NCBI GenBank assembly: GCA_963804955.1
Contig: CAWDSQ010000020.1
Coordinates: forward strand, 246,758-310,757
DNA: 64,000 bases
DNA from: an uncultured delta proteobacterium
Lineage (GTDB): Bacteria > Desulfobacterota > WTBG01 > CAIYCZ01 > CAIRTM01
Direction of reading: 5' to 3'
Every line of letters begins with the position of its first letter. Position 1 is the first letter of the stretch. The translations under genes were made by a program, and so were the position numbers. Of this stretch, positions 1 to 10,782 are shown piece by piece. Below the pieces are notes generated by a model. It made no database searches and was not told the DNA's origin. It was given only the letters and a program-made list of their open reading frames with translations.

Positions 1-940
1 TGACGAAAATCCAGGTCAGCAGCAGCATCTGATTGCTCACATCGCCTACAGCAAGAACGATGAAGGTGATGAGGGCAACACCCGTCACGCCGTAGGTTTC
101 GAAACCATCTGCCGTAGGGCCAACGCTGTCGCCGGCATTGTCGCCCGTGCAGTCGGCAATAACGCCGGGGTTGCGCGGATCGTCTTCCTTGATTGTAAAG
201 AAAACCTTCATAAGATCAGAGCCGATATCGGCGATCTTGGTAAAGATACCGCCGCAGATACGCAGGGCGCTGGCGCCCAGCGACTCGCCGATGGCAAAAC
301 CGACAAATGATGCGCCGGCATATTCACGGGGCACCATAAGCAGAATAATGAGCATCATGATAAGCTCAACGCAGACAAGCAGCACGCCAATGCTCATGCC
401 TGCCGTCAAGGGGATATCAAGCAGCTTGATGGGCTTGCCTTCAAGAGAGGCAAATGCCATGCGGCTGTTGGCAAGGGTGTTCATGCGGATTCCGAACCAT
501 GCAACACCGTAGGACCCGAGAATACCGATGATCGACCAGAACAGAATCAGCAGCACCCCGCTTGTATGCATTTTCTGCAGTACGCCGAAGTAATACACGA
601 TGCAGGCGCCGATAAAAATTTCAAGAATTGCAAGAAGCTTGCCCTGCTGCAGCAGATAGGTCTGGCAGGTCTGAAAAATAATCTCCGCAACATCGAGCAT
701 CGACTTGTGAGCCGGCATATTCTTGACCTTTGCATACATGAAATAGCCAAAAATCATGCCCAGAATGCAAACACCCAAACCAATATATAATAGTGTCTGC
801 TGCCCGGAAGCAAGTTCGGGAATCGCCAGATCCGCTTCACTTGCCCACGACATGGCGGGTGCGGCAAGCGTCAGCAGCGCCGCCACGGCGCCTGCCCTGA
901 ATTTTGTCAGGGCCGTTAAAAACCTTTGCATACTGCTCAT
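1..940 (-). CDS. hppA: Membrane-bound ion-translocating pyrophosphatase, divergent clade (3' part runs off the window start)
   Basis: Manual translation from ATG at 940 (GGAGG SD upstream) gives a multi-TM protein with GGIFTKIADIGSDLMK...IKEDDPRNPGVIADCTGDNAGDSVGPTADGFETY; absent from the ORF track because there is no stop in the window. Confidence 0.93.
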   Translation of the reverse strand, partial: MSSMQRFLTALTKFRAGAVAALLTLAAPAMSWASEADLAIPELASGQQTLLYIGLGVCILGMIFGYFMYAKVKNMPAHKSMLDVAEIIFQTCQTYLLQQGKLLAILEIFIGACIVYYFGVLQKMHTSGVLLILFWSIIGILGSYGVAWFGIRMNTLANSRMAFASLEGKPIKLLDIPLTAGMSIGVLLVCVELIMMLIILLMVPREYAGASFVGFAIGESLGASALRICGGIFTKIADIGSDLMKVFFTIKEDDPRNPGVIADCTGDNAGDSVGPTADGFETYGVTGVALITFIVLAVGDVSNQMLLLTWIFV

Positions 941-1612
941 ACATTCCTCCTGTGTCAAAAAAATAAACTGTAGGGAAAAGACTACTCCGCCAGAGCCCTG
1001 GCGAAGTCATACCTGTGTGTATGTCGATACACCCGGTTTGACACCTCATCTACTATTGCGCGGTCCGGATGTATATCGTAGTAGTGAAAAATAATCGTAT
1101 ATTTATAAGCTAAAACCCCCATATATGTCAAGGTTTTATACAGTAACAACACTATAAAGACGGGCCGGTTCCGGTACGCCAGGTCCGCCCCAGAATGAAA
1201 TATTATTGTCTATGTTGATGGAAACACGAAAAAAATAACTTTTTCAAAAAAATATTTTTTTGCCACTACTATAATATTTATATTATAATATACTATTAAA
1301 TAGTTTAGCGTACTAGGTAAATTTGCAGGTTTCCAACATTGACCATCAGCGAATTGATAAATAATGTGCTGGTGACAAAATTGGTTATAGGTAGAACAGC
1401 ACGCTTTCGAGGACTTCGTGGTACCTTCGCCAAAAAAACTATTGTTTATTGCGCCTGAACATGAAATAGGAACCCATACAAGAATGCCGGCATTCATACA
1501 GTGCCAATATCGTTATAAATAATGTATTTAAAAATCCATGCAAAGCTTATTCGATAAAGATATGCAAAATTCAAAATATCCCCCAAAAAAAAAGTGCGAA
1601 AACTGCCAGCAC

Positions 1613-2632
1613 ATGCTGACAATAGGCTCCGTCCATCTCAGTTCTCCACTGGTGCTCGCCCCCCTGGCGGGCATTACCGACCTGCCCCTGCGCATGCTAA
1701 ACCGGAGTTTCGGCTGCGAGCTTGCCTTTACCTCCATGATAAGCGCACGTGCCCTGGCCTGGACCAATCACAAAACCGAAAAAATGCTTCTAACAGAAGC
1801 CGCTGACCGGCCCCTTGGCGTGCAACTCCTTGGCGCCGACCCCGAAATGCTTGCCCGTGCAGTCGATACACTCGCTGACTTCCCTTTTGATATCCTCGAT
1901 CTTAATGCGGCCTGCCCTGTTCCCAAGGTTGTGCGCAAGGGCGAAGGTTCCTGTCTAATGAAGGAGCCAAAAAAAATATACGAGCTGGTTAAAGTGCTGG
2001 TATGCCGGACGGGCTTACCGGTAACGGTCAAGCTGAGGGCCGGCTGGGACAACTTCAGCCGCAATGCCTGCGAGGCCGCTTTGTACGCCCAGGATGCAGG
2101 CGCGAGCGCAGTTTTTATTCATGGCAGAACACGGGCACAGGAATACCGCGGCAGGGTACAGTATGAATCGATTCGGGAGGTTAAAAAAGCACTTTCGATT
2201 CCCGTTATCGGCAGCGGCGACGCTTTTTCACCGCGGCTTATCAAAAAGATGCTGGATGAAACCGGCTGCGACGGAGTCGCGATCGCTCGCGGCGCCCTCG
2301 GGAACCCGTGGCTTTTCCATGAAACAAATTTATTTTTAGCAGGGAAACCTTCACCAGACCGGCCCGGACCTGCAGATATAATCGCTGTTATGCAGCATCA
2401 TCTTGACCTGTGCTGCGCATTTCATGGAGAATCGCTCGGTACAAAACTTTTCCGTAAATTTTTTTCCTGGTATTCAAAAGCATTTCTGAATATCAAACCC
2501 CTTCGCATAAGAGCTTTTGGTGCTGCAACGCAACAGGAGATGCTGGAGGTGATCGATGAAATGTCCGGTCTTGGCATGGAGCCCGGTGCGCCGGTCTATG
2601 CATCCCGCGAAGCAGATGTTTGTGTGGAATAA
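1613..2632 (+). CDS. dusB: tRNA-dihydrouridine synthase (DusB-like)
   Basis: LAPLAGITD, DLNAACP, VTVKLRAGWD, IHGRT, IARGALGNPW motifs; start chosen at second plausible ATG. Confidence 0.9.
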   Translation: MLTIGSVHLSSPLVLAPLAGITDLPLRMLNRSFGCELAFTSMISARALAWTNHKTEKMLLTEAADRPLGVQLLGADPEMLARAVDTLADFPFDILDLNAACPVPKVVRKGEGSCLMKEPKKIYELVKVLVCRTGLPVTVKLRAGWDNFSRNACEAALYAQDAGASAVFIHGRTRAQEYRGRVQYESIREVKKALSIPVIGSGDAFSPRLIKKMLDETGCDGVAIARGALGNPWLFHETNLFLAGKPSPDRPGPADIIAVMQHHLDLCCAFHGESLGTKLFRKFFSWYSKAFLNIKPLRIRAFGAATQQEMLEVIDEMSGLGMEPGAPVYASREADVCVE

Positions 2633-2692
2633 GAAAATTCAGGTTAAGTGAAAATCTCAAAGTCATTATTCTGATAATGCATCTATAAGCTA

Positions 2693-2720
2693 TTGACACT
2701 ATGGTGCCACATGCTAGAAT
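2693..2720 (+). promoter_or_regulatory. Putative sigma70 promoter for radA
   Basis: TTGACA-16nt-TAGAAT with TG extended -10, ~35 nt upstream of radA ATG. Confidence 0.55.
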
Positions 2721-2755
2721 CCGTCAACATTTACAGAGCATCGGCGCATCGTAAT

Positions 2756-4127
2756 ATGTCAAAACTAAAAAATATATTCACCTGTTCGTTCTGCGGCTTT
2801 CAATCACCCAAATGGCTGGGCAAATGCCCGGACTGCGACCAGTGGAACACCTTCTATGAAGAGCTGCAAAAAACGCCTTCAAAACGCGCGCAATTCGAAT
2901 TTGATGCAGGCCCCCGGCAGGGACCGGTTTCGCTGCACACAATCAGCACAGCACAATGATGACAGAATTCCAACCGGCATCGGAGAACTGGACCGCGTGC
3001 TGGGCGGGGGGCTGGTACGGGGCGCGGTCATTCTCATCGGCGGAGATCCGGGCATAGGGAAATCGACCCTGGTGCTGCAGGCTCTCACAAGCCTTGCCTG
3101 CCGCGGCATAAAAGCTCTGTACGTGTCGGGTGAAGAATCGCTGAGGCAGCTGAGGATGCGCGCCGAGCGCCTGGGCTCACTGCCTGAGAACCTTTTCATT
3201 CTTACTGAAACAGCCCTTGAAACCATTATCGAGCATATCAGGGAATTCAAGCCCGAGATTCTTGTTATCGACTCAGTGCAGACCATCTACACCGGTGAGC
3301 TTGAATCTGCGCCGGGAAGCGTCAGCCAGCTGAGGGAGACATCGGCGAGGATTATCAGCCTTGCAAAGCAAAGTGAAACAGCTACTTTCCTGGTCGGCCA
3401 TGTGACCAAGGAGGGAGCAATAGCGGGCCCCCGCGTGCTTGAACATATGGTCGACACGGTTCTTTACTTTGAAGGAGACAGGGGGCACGCCTACCGCATT
3501 CTCAGAGCTGTAAAAAACCGCTTCGGCTCAACCGACGAAATAGGTGTGTTCGAAATGGGTTCTGCCGGCCTCATGGAGGTTGCCAGCCCGTCGGAGCTTT
3601 TCATCTCTGAGCGGCCTGAACATGCTCCAGGATCGACCGTAGTGCCGAGCATCGAAGGCACGAGGCCGATTCTTGTCGAGGTGCAGGCACTGACCGCGCC
3701 CACACCGCTTGCCATGCCACGGCGCACTGCAATCGGCATTGATCAGAACCGCACATCAGTGCTTGTCGCCGTGCTTGAAAAAAAGCTCGGCATGACGCTG
3801 TTTAATCAGGATATTTTTCTTAATGTCGCCGGCGGTATCAGGCTGAATGAGCCGGGAGTTGATCTTGGAATCATCACGTCTATCGTCTCAAGCAAGCTTG
3901 AAAAGCCCATGCCGGGCAGGACGGTCGTCTGCGGTGAGGTTGGCCTGACCGGCGAAGTGCGCGCAATAAGCCAGATTGCGCCGCGCATCAAGGAAGCCGA
4001 GCGGCTGGGCTTTTCACAGTGCATACTGCCTAAAAAAAATATGAAGGGCCAGCCTGGCTCATCAAAAATGAAGCTTATCGGGGTTGAGTCAGTTCAGGAA
4101 GCAATAGATCATCTGTTCAAAAAATAG
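2756..4127 (+). CDS. radA: DNA repair protein RadA/Sms (one frameshift near 2955, likely sequencing error)
   Basis: N-terminal C4 zinc finger CSFCG..KWLGKCPDC in one frame; Walker A GDPGIGKST, KNRFG motif and Lon-like C-terminus in the next. Confidence 0.95.
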
Positions 4128-4142
4128 AAAGGATCGTCCAGC

Positions 4143-4818
4143 ATGTCCATCATAGCACGTGCGGGGTATCCGGTCATCGGAGCCATCGCCATAATCGCAG
4201 CCTTTTTTATTCTCATTTCTTCATTCACCTCAGGCCCCGGCCAGACCCTTTTCCGAATTCTGGGAGGGCTCGGCATTTTTTTCTTTTTCTTTTCACTCTA
4301 TTTTTTCCGCGACCCGGAACGCATAATCCCCACTGCCCCCGAACTTCTGCTCTCGCCTGCCGACGGCACTATTATCGATATCGCGGAAATGGATGAACCG
4401 GTATATCTCAAGACCACGTGCTAAACGGGTGAGCATTTTCATGTCGGTTTTCAATGTGCATGTCAACCGTGCACCCATGGATGGCACTGTGGAATTGCTG
4501 CACTATAATCCAGGAAAATTCATCTCGGCATTCAAAGACAAGGCTTCTGAGGAAAATGAAAGCATTTTTGCAGGAATAAAAGGAAAGGACGGAAATGTCC
4601 GAATTTCAGTGAAGTTTATAGCCGGCCTGATTGCGCGGCGGATTGTCTTCTATAAGCAGCTCAACGAGAAAATAACGCAGGGTGAACGCATAAATATGAT
4701 TCGCTTCGGCTCCCGTGTAAATATTTTCTGCCCAATCGATTCAGCAATCAATGTAAAAAAAGGTGAAGCAGTAACAGCCGGCATGACCGTAATAGCCGTT
4801 CTTAAGAAAGGTGCGTAA
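4143..4818 (+). CDS. psd: Phosphatidylserine decarboxylase proenzyme (frameshift near 4415)
   Basis: FFRDPER, SPADG, SIFMSVFNVHVNRAP, IRFGSRV autocleavage motif. Confidence 0.92.
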
Positions 4819-5854
4819 ACGTAACGCTTTTCCGGCGCCGCTCTTTGCTTTCTATCTCGCCGATGGTATAGGCATTCTGCTGCATGGCCTTGAGCCGCTG
4901 CAGGACATCTTCCTCCTGTGCCGCAGGAACCACCAGCACGAGGCCGATCCCATTATTAAACGTACGCATCATCTCTTCTTCTTCAACATTGCCCCTGTCT
5001 TTCAGGAAATAAAAAATCGGCGGGACCGGCCATGAACCGGGCCTGAGATGGGCAAGGCACCCTGCGGGAAGAATACGGGCGATATTGTCGACCAGGCCGC
5101 CTCCTGTAATATGGGCGATGCCTTTGAGCTTAAAATCGCGCATGAGGTTGAGCACCGCTTTTACATAAATGCGCGTAGGCTTTATAAGTTCCTCACCGAC
5201 TGTGCAGCCAAGCTCCTGCACATAATCAGTAATCTTGAGATGCAGATTATCAAACATAATAGTGCGGGCAAGGGAGAGGCCATTGCTGTGTACACCGCTG
5301 GAGGCAATGCCGATAATCTTGTCGCCGACGGTAATTGTAGATCCGTCAATCACTTTGTCTTTATCAACAACGCCTACCACAAAGCCGGCTAAGTCGTATT
5401 CACCGTTGGGATAAAATGACGGCATCTCGGCCGTCTCTCCGCCAACCAGGGCGCAGCCGGAATCCTTGCAGCCTTCCACCATTCCTTTAACAAGGTCTAC
5501 AAGAATATCATTATTGATCTTGCCCATGGAAATATAGTCAAGCATGAACAAAGGCTCGGCTCCCTGCACGATGATATCATTGACGCACATGGCGACAAGA
5601 TCAATGCCGACGGTGTCGTGCTTATTCATCATGAATGCCACTTTCAGCTTGGTGCCGACACCATCAGTGGAGGCAACAAGCACGGGCTCTTTATACTTCT
5701 GATGGTTCAATGCAAAGAGGCTGCCGAAACCGCCGATACCGGCAAGAACTTCATGCCGGAATGTGGGCTTCACAAGAGTTTTCAGTGACTGCACAAAACG
5801 GTCAGCCGCATTGATATCAACACCCGAATCCTTATATGTAAACTTTTTTTCCAT
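4802..5854 (-). CDS. purM: Phosphoribosylformylglycinamidine cyclo-ligase (AIR synthetase)
   Basis: TYKDSGVDI, STDGVGTK, GGETAEMP, HSNG, AHITGGG. Confidence 0.97.
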   Translation of the reverse strand: MEKKFTYKDSGVDINAADRFVQSLKTLVKPTFRHEVLAGIGGFGSLFALNHQKYKEPVLVASTDGVGTKLKVAFMMNKHDTVGIDLVAMCVNDIIVQGAEPLFMLDYISMGKINNDILVDLVKGMVEGCKDSGCALVGGETAEMPSFYPNGEYDLAGFVVGVVDKDKVIDGSTITVGDKIIGIASSGVHSNGLSLARTIMFDNLHLKITDYVQELGCTVGEELIKPTRIYVKAVLNLMRDFKLKGIAHITGGGLVDNIARILPAGCLAHLRPGSWPVPPIFYFLKDRGNVEEEEMMRTFNNGIGLVLVVPAAQEEDVLQRLKAMQQNAYTIGEIESKERRRKSVTFTHLS

Positions 5855-6017
5855 AGTGGTGCGTCATCCTGTAAGTTGATAGAGTGTACTTTATGTATAG
5901 CAGAATGTATTTTAAGAAGAAAGAGAAAAGCACGCCTCAGGCATCTTGAAACAGTAATTTGTTATGAATTCCAAAATTTTTTTTTGCAATATAGATGATT
6001 TTCATATGAAAGGTCAT

Positions 6018-6332
6018 TCAATCCTCAGAGCAGGCCAACTGCTCCGGCAGAGGCAATGATTCAAGAATAACAATTGTGGCACCCCATCCGCCTGCATCAT
6101 CAGAGGCCTGATAAAAATCAATCACCTCAGGCAGGCGGCAAAGCACACGATGAACGGTCTGCCGCAATACGCCCCTGCCTTTGCCATGTATAATCCTGAC
6201 CTGCAAAATACCTTTTTCCCGGCATGCCGCAAGATAGTCAGGCACCAGATATCTGCAATCGGCAGGCTGAAAAGTGTGCAGATCGAGCACATCATCAATC
6301 GGGAGCCGGAAGAACTCATCAGTCTTTTCCAT
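6018..6332 (-). CDS. Stand-alone Smr/MutS2 domain protein
   Basis: LDLHTF, IIHGKGRGVLR, GGWGATIV motifs. Confidence 0.85.
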   Translation of the reverse strand: MEKTDEFFRLPIDDVLDLHTFQPADCRYLVPDYLAACREKGILQVRIIHGKGRGVLRQTVHRVLCRLPEVIDFYQASDDAGGWGATIVILESLPLPEQLACSED

Positions 6333-6468
6333 AGCATCTGTTTTAAAAATATGTCAGTAGGCCAAGCGGTAGGCTGCATCTAAATAAAAAGTTATGAATA
6401 AACAATTTGATTTTTAGTTCAAATTTGAATAAGTTACAATCATAAAATTAAGTTATTGTGTTCATCGG

Positions 6469-7087
6469 ATGAAATCAAAAAAATACACTTATTATTGCCA
6501 CTTGCTCATGGGCGGTTTTGCTCACCATTTCCTTCTGGGCAAGCATCTGCATGGGCTGGGGACCGGCAGAAAGCGAGCATGACCCGGCATCGGTATGGAT
6601 GTATGTTCGACGGGGGCTTTTGCTGACAGGTGCGCTGCTGCTGCCGCGCATTGCCGGCGGCAGGGGTGCAGAAACCTATGGCTGGAAAATATCCTTCAAG
6701 TGGTTTCTGATTGCCGTTCCTCTTGGCATAGCTATGGGTTTCGGCAACAAAGGCGGGTTCGACCCCCGCTTTGTGTCGGCGCTGCTGCTTGCCTGCATGC
6801 ATGCACTGGCAACAGAACTTTTTTTCAGAGCCTACCTCATAACAGCCCTGTCTTCTGTTTTCAAGACATTCTGGACGCCGGTCATCATCTCATCGCTCAT
6901 GTACGGGATCTATTATCTGACTGTCTGGACAGCATGGTCTCAGCCCGGCGCACTCAAATTTGCATTTGTAGGACTTTTTACCTTCATCGGACTTATTCAT
7001 GGTTACTGCTACAAAAAATCCAACAGCTTTCTGGTGCCCTGGCTGATACATTTTCTTGGAGTATTGAAGTACAGGGTTTTCTTATAA
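6469..7087 (+). CDS. CPBP/CAAX-type intramembrane protease family protein (probable frameshift near the 5' end)
   Basis: Hydrophobic; TELFFRAY and C-terminal WLIH resemble the CPBP EExxFR / H motifs, partly degenerate; start inferred. Confidence 0.65.
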
Positions 7088-7112
7088 CATAGTACAAAAA
7101 AGTAAGGCTGCC

Positions 7113-8021
7113 ATGAAAATTATAAGAAACATTTTTATCGTTCTTGCCGCTCTGTATGCCTGCTGCATCATCTATGCGCTCATCCCGCAAAAATCAATTC
7201 CCGTGCAGGAACTTGCGGGGAAACACAGTCAGTTCATCAATGTAAGCGGGAGAATGCTGCATTATGAAAAAAAAGGCACTGGTAAGCCTGTAATTCTCGT
7301 GCATGGCTTTGCAGGCTCAACGTATACATGGAGGAATGTTATACCACTGCTGGCTCAGCAGTATGAGGTTTATGCTGTTGATCTGCTGGGCTTCGGTCTT
7401 TCTGACAAACCTGCCGACGGCGGCTATTCCCTTGCTGATCAAGGGCAGCTGATCATCGCTTTTATAGAAAAACTCAAGCTGCAGCAGCCAACGATTGTTG
7501 GTCATTCCATGGGAGGAGTCATTACCGCGCTCGCAGCAATGCAATCGCCTGAAAAAATCCGGAGGCTCGTCCTGATTGATGCCGGAATCTATCATGGCGG
7601 CCCACCTCAGTTTTTAAAATATTTCTTTTTCCCTTTTGATGTTATAACCGCGAGGTTATTTTATACTAAAGGCGCTCGGACAAGGAGCCTTCAAAATTCA
7701 TATTTCAACCAGTCAATGATTACTAATGAGCTGGTAAACAATTATCTTAAGCCCGCCGGTACACCGGGCGCGGCTGCTGTTGTGGCCAGCATGAACAAGT
7801 TTGCTTCTATCAGGTATGAAGATATCAGCGTCAGGCTGCAGACGCCGACACTACTTGTGTGGGGCCGATATGACAGGATCGTACCCGTGACTGATGCCGA
7901 ACGGCTTCATAAGGAAATAAAGGGCTCTCAGCTTGCTGTCATTGATGACGCAGGACACATGGTACAGGAGGAAAAGCCAAATGAAGTTGCCTCGGCGATA
8001 CAAAAATTTCTGGAACAATAA
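7113..8021 (+). CDS. Alpha/beta hydrolase with N-terminal anchor
   Basis: LVHGF, DLLGFGLS, GHSMGG nucleophile elbow, GRYD acid, AGH catalytic His. Confidence 0.9.
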   Translation: MKIIRNIFIVLAALYACCIIYALIPQKSIPVQELAGKHSQFINVSGRMLHYEKKGTGKPVILVHGFAGSTYTWRNVIPLLAQQYEVYAVDLLGFGLSDKPADGGYSLADQGQLIIAFIEKLKLQQPTIVGHSMGGVITALAAMQSPEKIRRLVLIDAGIYHGGPPQFLKYFFFPFDVITARLFYTKGARTRSLQNSYFNQSMITNELVNNYLKPAGTPGAAAVVASMNKFASIRYEDISVRLQTPTLLVWGRYDRIVPVTDAERLHKEIKGSQLAVIDDAGHMVQEEKPNEVASAIQKFLEQ

Positions 8022-8167
8022 AAATTCGTCATAAGACCATGCATGACAGCATTACACAATGTACAAAACCAGATAAATAGCATATTCTTCGGCCGCCAGA
8101 GCGGAATCGAGCGTGCTCTTGATGTTTTTTACGACATCCGGTGATATACGGCGAGCTGACAGACTAA

Positions 8168-8202
8168 AAGCCGGGCTGATGATCTTCATCGCAGCCCGGC
8201 TT
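8168..8202. terminator. Hairpin between convergent hydrolase and flavodoxin genes
   Basis: AAGCCGGGCTG...CAGCCCGGCTT inverted repeat. Confidence 0.6.
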
Positions 8203-8222
8203 AAATTTGAATCGTTCTTTGT

Positions 8223-8804
8223 TTATGCCTCAAGCGCAGCCCCGAGTTTTTTTCCTGCCTCTTCAGCCCGCTTGAGCACATCGGGCATATCATCTATATC
8301 GTTCATGCCAACAACTTCGGCAAGCTGCGCCACGATTTTCATTTTTGAGCAGTCATCGAAGGCAAATTTCAGGGTCTCAATTGTTCGTTGGTGCCCCGAA
8401 CCTGCAACCGTAGTAATAATTACGGCAGGCTTGCCGGCATGTGGCCTGTCGCCAAGCCATGGCATGTCGGGATGATATGCAGGCCCCTGACTGCGGTAAA
8501 AAATTGCCATGGTGCGGTCTATAAAATCCTTCGTCGCACCGTTTAAATCAAAAAAATATGTTGGGCCGCCTATGATAAGCCCGTCGGACTGCAGAAGTTG
8601 CTCATACACCTGATCCATATCATCACGAATAGAGCACTGTCCCTCGTTCATCATGCAGGCGCCGCAGCCCGAACATGGTTTGATATCGAGCTTGCCGAGA
8701 TAGATAAGCTCAAAGTCGCAGCCTGATGCCTCGGCGACTTTCTTTACAAGCTTATTCGTGTTGCTCTCCTCCCGATGACTGCCGCAGATGCCTAAAATTT
8801 TCAT
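8223..8804 (-). CDS. Flavodoxin-family / iron-sulfur flavoprotein (NADPH-dependent FMN reductase fold)
   Basis: MKILGICGSHR..SNT, CSGCGAC..C motif, GGPTYF, KDFIDR. Confidence 0.85.
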   Translation of the reverse strand: MKILGICGSHREESNTNKLVKKVAEASGCDFELIYLGKLDIKPCSGCGACMMNEGQCSIRDDMDQVYEQLLQSDGLIIGGPTYFFDLNGATKDFIDRTMAIFYRSQGPAYHPDMPWLGDRPHAGKPAVIITTVAGSGHQRTIETLKFAFDDCSKMKIVAQLAEVVGMNDIDDMPDVLKRAEEAGKKLGAALEA

Positions 8805-8845
8805 GGCCACAGCTCCTTCCATAATTAGTATTCAAAAAGGTATAC

Positions 8846-8885
8846 AAAAAAAGGCTGGGTACAGGCATGTCTGTACCCAGCTTTT
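8846..8885 (-). terminator. Rho-independent terminator after the 4Fe-4S membrane protein gene
   Basis: GCTGGGTACAG/CTGTACCCAGC stem followed by a U-run on the minus strand. Confidence 0.65.
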
Positions 8886-8934
8886 CTATCTTTATCAATT
8901 GGACTCTGCATCGCGGCACATTGTGCGGCCAGGC

Positions 8935-10063
8935 CTAGGCAGCTTTAGGCGCATCAGGTATGCCGGTCTTTGATTCGACTTTTAGCCGGGCTTTTTCAGC
9001 AGGGTCACGCTTATAGGTTATAACCCCCTCAAAGGGGCAGGCTTCCATGCAGCTGAAGCAGAGGCAGCAGGTTGCCGGCATTTCATTGTCCTGATTGCGA
9101 ATGTCAATATAGAACGGACAGGCCTTTTCTGCCTGGCAGACCTTGCAGTTTTTGCACTTTGAACGGTTATAGCGAATGCGCCACAGGCTGTTATGGCAGT
9201 TGATGCCGCGGTATGATGAAAGCCAGCAAAAATGCGTGCACATCTTGCGCCACTTAAATACGAGGGACAGTATAAATAAGACCATACATAAAGGCAATCG
9301 GATACCAGGCAACACCGGTAAGATCCCATACGGTTTCTGCAAAAAACATGGGAAACCAGGACAGCAGCAGCGTTGCCGGGAACAGGGGAGCCCGGACATC
9401 AGCCTTGCCGCTGATATTCATGCAGGCAGTGCTGCTTTGTGAATCAATTGCTTTCGGCAGATTCTCAATAGGCCGTTTGAATGTCATATTTTTATAAAGG
9501 GCGTCCTGCAAAGTTGCATTGGGGCAAATCCAGCCGCAGATTACGCGGCCGAAAAATACCGGAAAGAGCGCCACTGTGGTCACATGAAACATGGCCCAGA
9601 ACAGCATGTCGGGCCGTGTGCCTTTGATAAAACAAAATGATGTAACCGATGCCCAGATCATAAAGATACTGCACTGAACGAATGTGCGGATGGTAACGGC
9701 TTTCAGGCGCGGCTTTCTGGGCGGCTTCTCTTCGGACGAGCCGGTGATTAATACGAGACAGGGGACCAGACAGGTCAGCAGTGAAAGCAAAAACAGCAAA
9801 GGATTACCATCGCCTGCTTGAAGCGGAGTAGCGGCGGTAAAAAGGGTTACGCCAAGCGGCAGCATCCACACATGACCGGCAAGACTTGGTTTCGGGGTAA
9901 AATAATCTTTGTGAAAGAGACAAAAAAAGCCGGCAAAAAAAGCAAACAGGAGGCCCGGCTGCAGATATTTCAGTGGTGTGAACACGCCGATGAGATAGAG
10001 AAAAATGGCTGAAAAAAGTGCCCACTTATTTATTCTTACAAAGCTGTCTTTAGCAATCATCAT
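8935..10063 (-). CDS. Polytopic membrane protein with 4Fe-4S binding domains (NapH/MauN/RdxA-like; frameshift near 9280)
   Basis: FGRVICGWICP, CTHFC, CKNCKVC..ACP and CCLCFSCMEACP motifs; strong AAGGAGG SD. Confidence 0.8.
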
Positions 10064-10078
10064 GGCATCTCACCTCCT

Positions 10079-10744
10079 TTAGTGTTTACCGTGTGCGGCC
10101 ATCATTTTAGGCAGAATTTCAGCAGCTTCCATTTGCGTGATGCCGAGGCCACAGGCAAAATAAGCAGCAAGAAAGCCGATGCCAACCAACAGTACAAAAT
10201 AACGCCGCTTGCCGATAACCCCTGTGCGCTTTGCGAACATCCAGAGCGCCAGCATATAAAAGACACAAAACATCTGTATCTGGCCACGGGGAGAATCAAC
10301 AGCGCTTTTGGTGAGGGACTCTATTGTCTCACCTCCGCCGAGGGTCTCAAGCAGCGTATTGGTAACATGCGACAGCGTGCCGTTCATGACTGCAAGGGGA
10401 ATCAGGGTAATCGATGTAAACCTGAGGGAATCGATATATTTGCGGTCGCCCAGCACAAGGTGCATGACTGCGCCAAGAATAAGTATAACCAGAAAGCCGA
10501 CCAGAGCGCCTGAGCAGGTCGAAAACAGGCGCTCAAGTGCGGCGCTGTCGGTCACCATAAGGCCTTTCATCTTCTCGGCCATATTGATGAGAAAAGATGG
10601 AAATATTGCGCGATAGAGGTCCACGGTCTGTACATTTGCTATGCCCCAGGCTTTGCCGAACATATACCCCGGAATAAAAATTTCCAGAATACGGGCCCAT
10701 TTGGCAAGTGGAGTAATATATCTTTCTTCCAGTATCTCTGCCAT
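10079..10744 (-). CDS. Uncharacterised membrane protein
   Basis: 221 aa ORF with several TM segments, AAGGAG SD, tight spacing with neighbours. Confidence 0.7.
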   Translation of the reverse strand: MAEILEERYITPLAKWARILEIFIPGYMFGKAWGIANVQTVDLYRAIFPSFLINMAEKMKGLMVTDSAALERLFSTCSGALVGFLVILILGAVMHLVLGDRKYIDSLRFTSITLIPLAVMNGTLSHVTNTLLETLGGGETIESLTKSAVDSPRGQIQMFCVFYMLALWMFAKRTGVIGKRRYFVLLVGIGFLAAYFACGLGITQMEAAEILPKMMAAHGKH

Positions 10745-10782
10745 ATACGCTCTCCTTATTGACTAAGTTATATATGCGTGAG

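Noticed and set aside
138..1094. Plus-strand ORFs in the ORF track
   Set aside because: Antisense shadows of hppA; the same applies to the many overlapping ORFs opposite gltB, carB, glnA and the GOGAT-like operon
1210..1530. AT-rich spacer with a 95 aa minus-strand ORF between hppA and dusB
   Set aside because: No SD, no recognisable motifs, low-complexity AT-rich end; no RNA gene signature seen
2940..2960. Programmed frameshifting in radA or other split genes
   Set aside because: No consistent slippery sites; frameshifts are window-wide and better explained by indel errors
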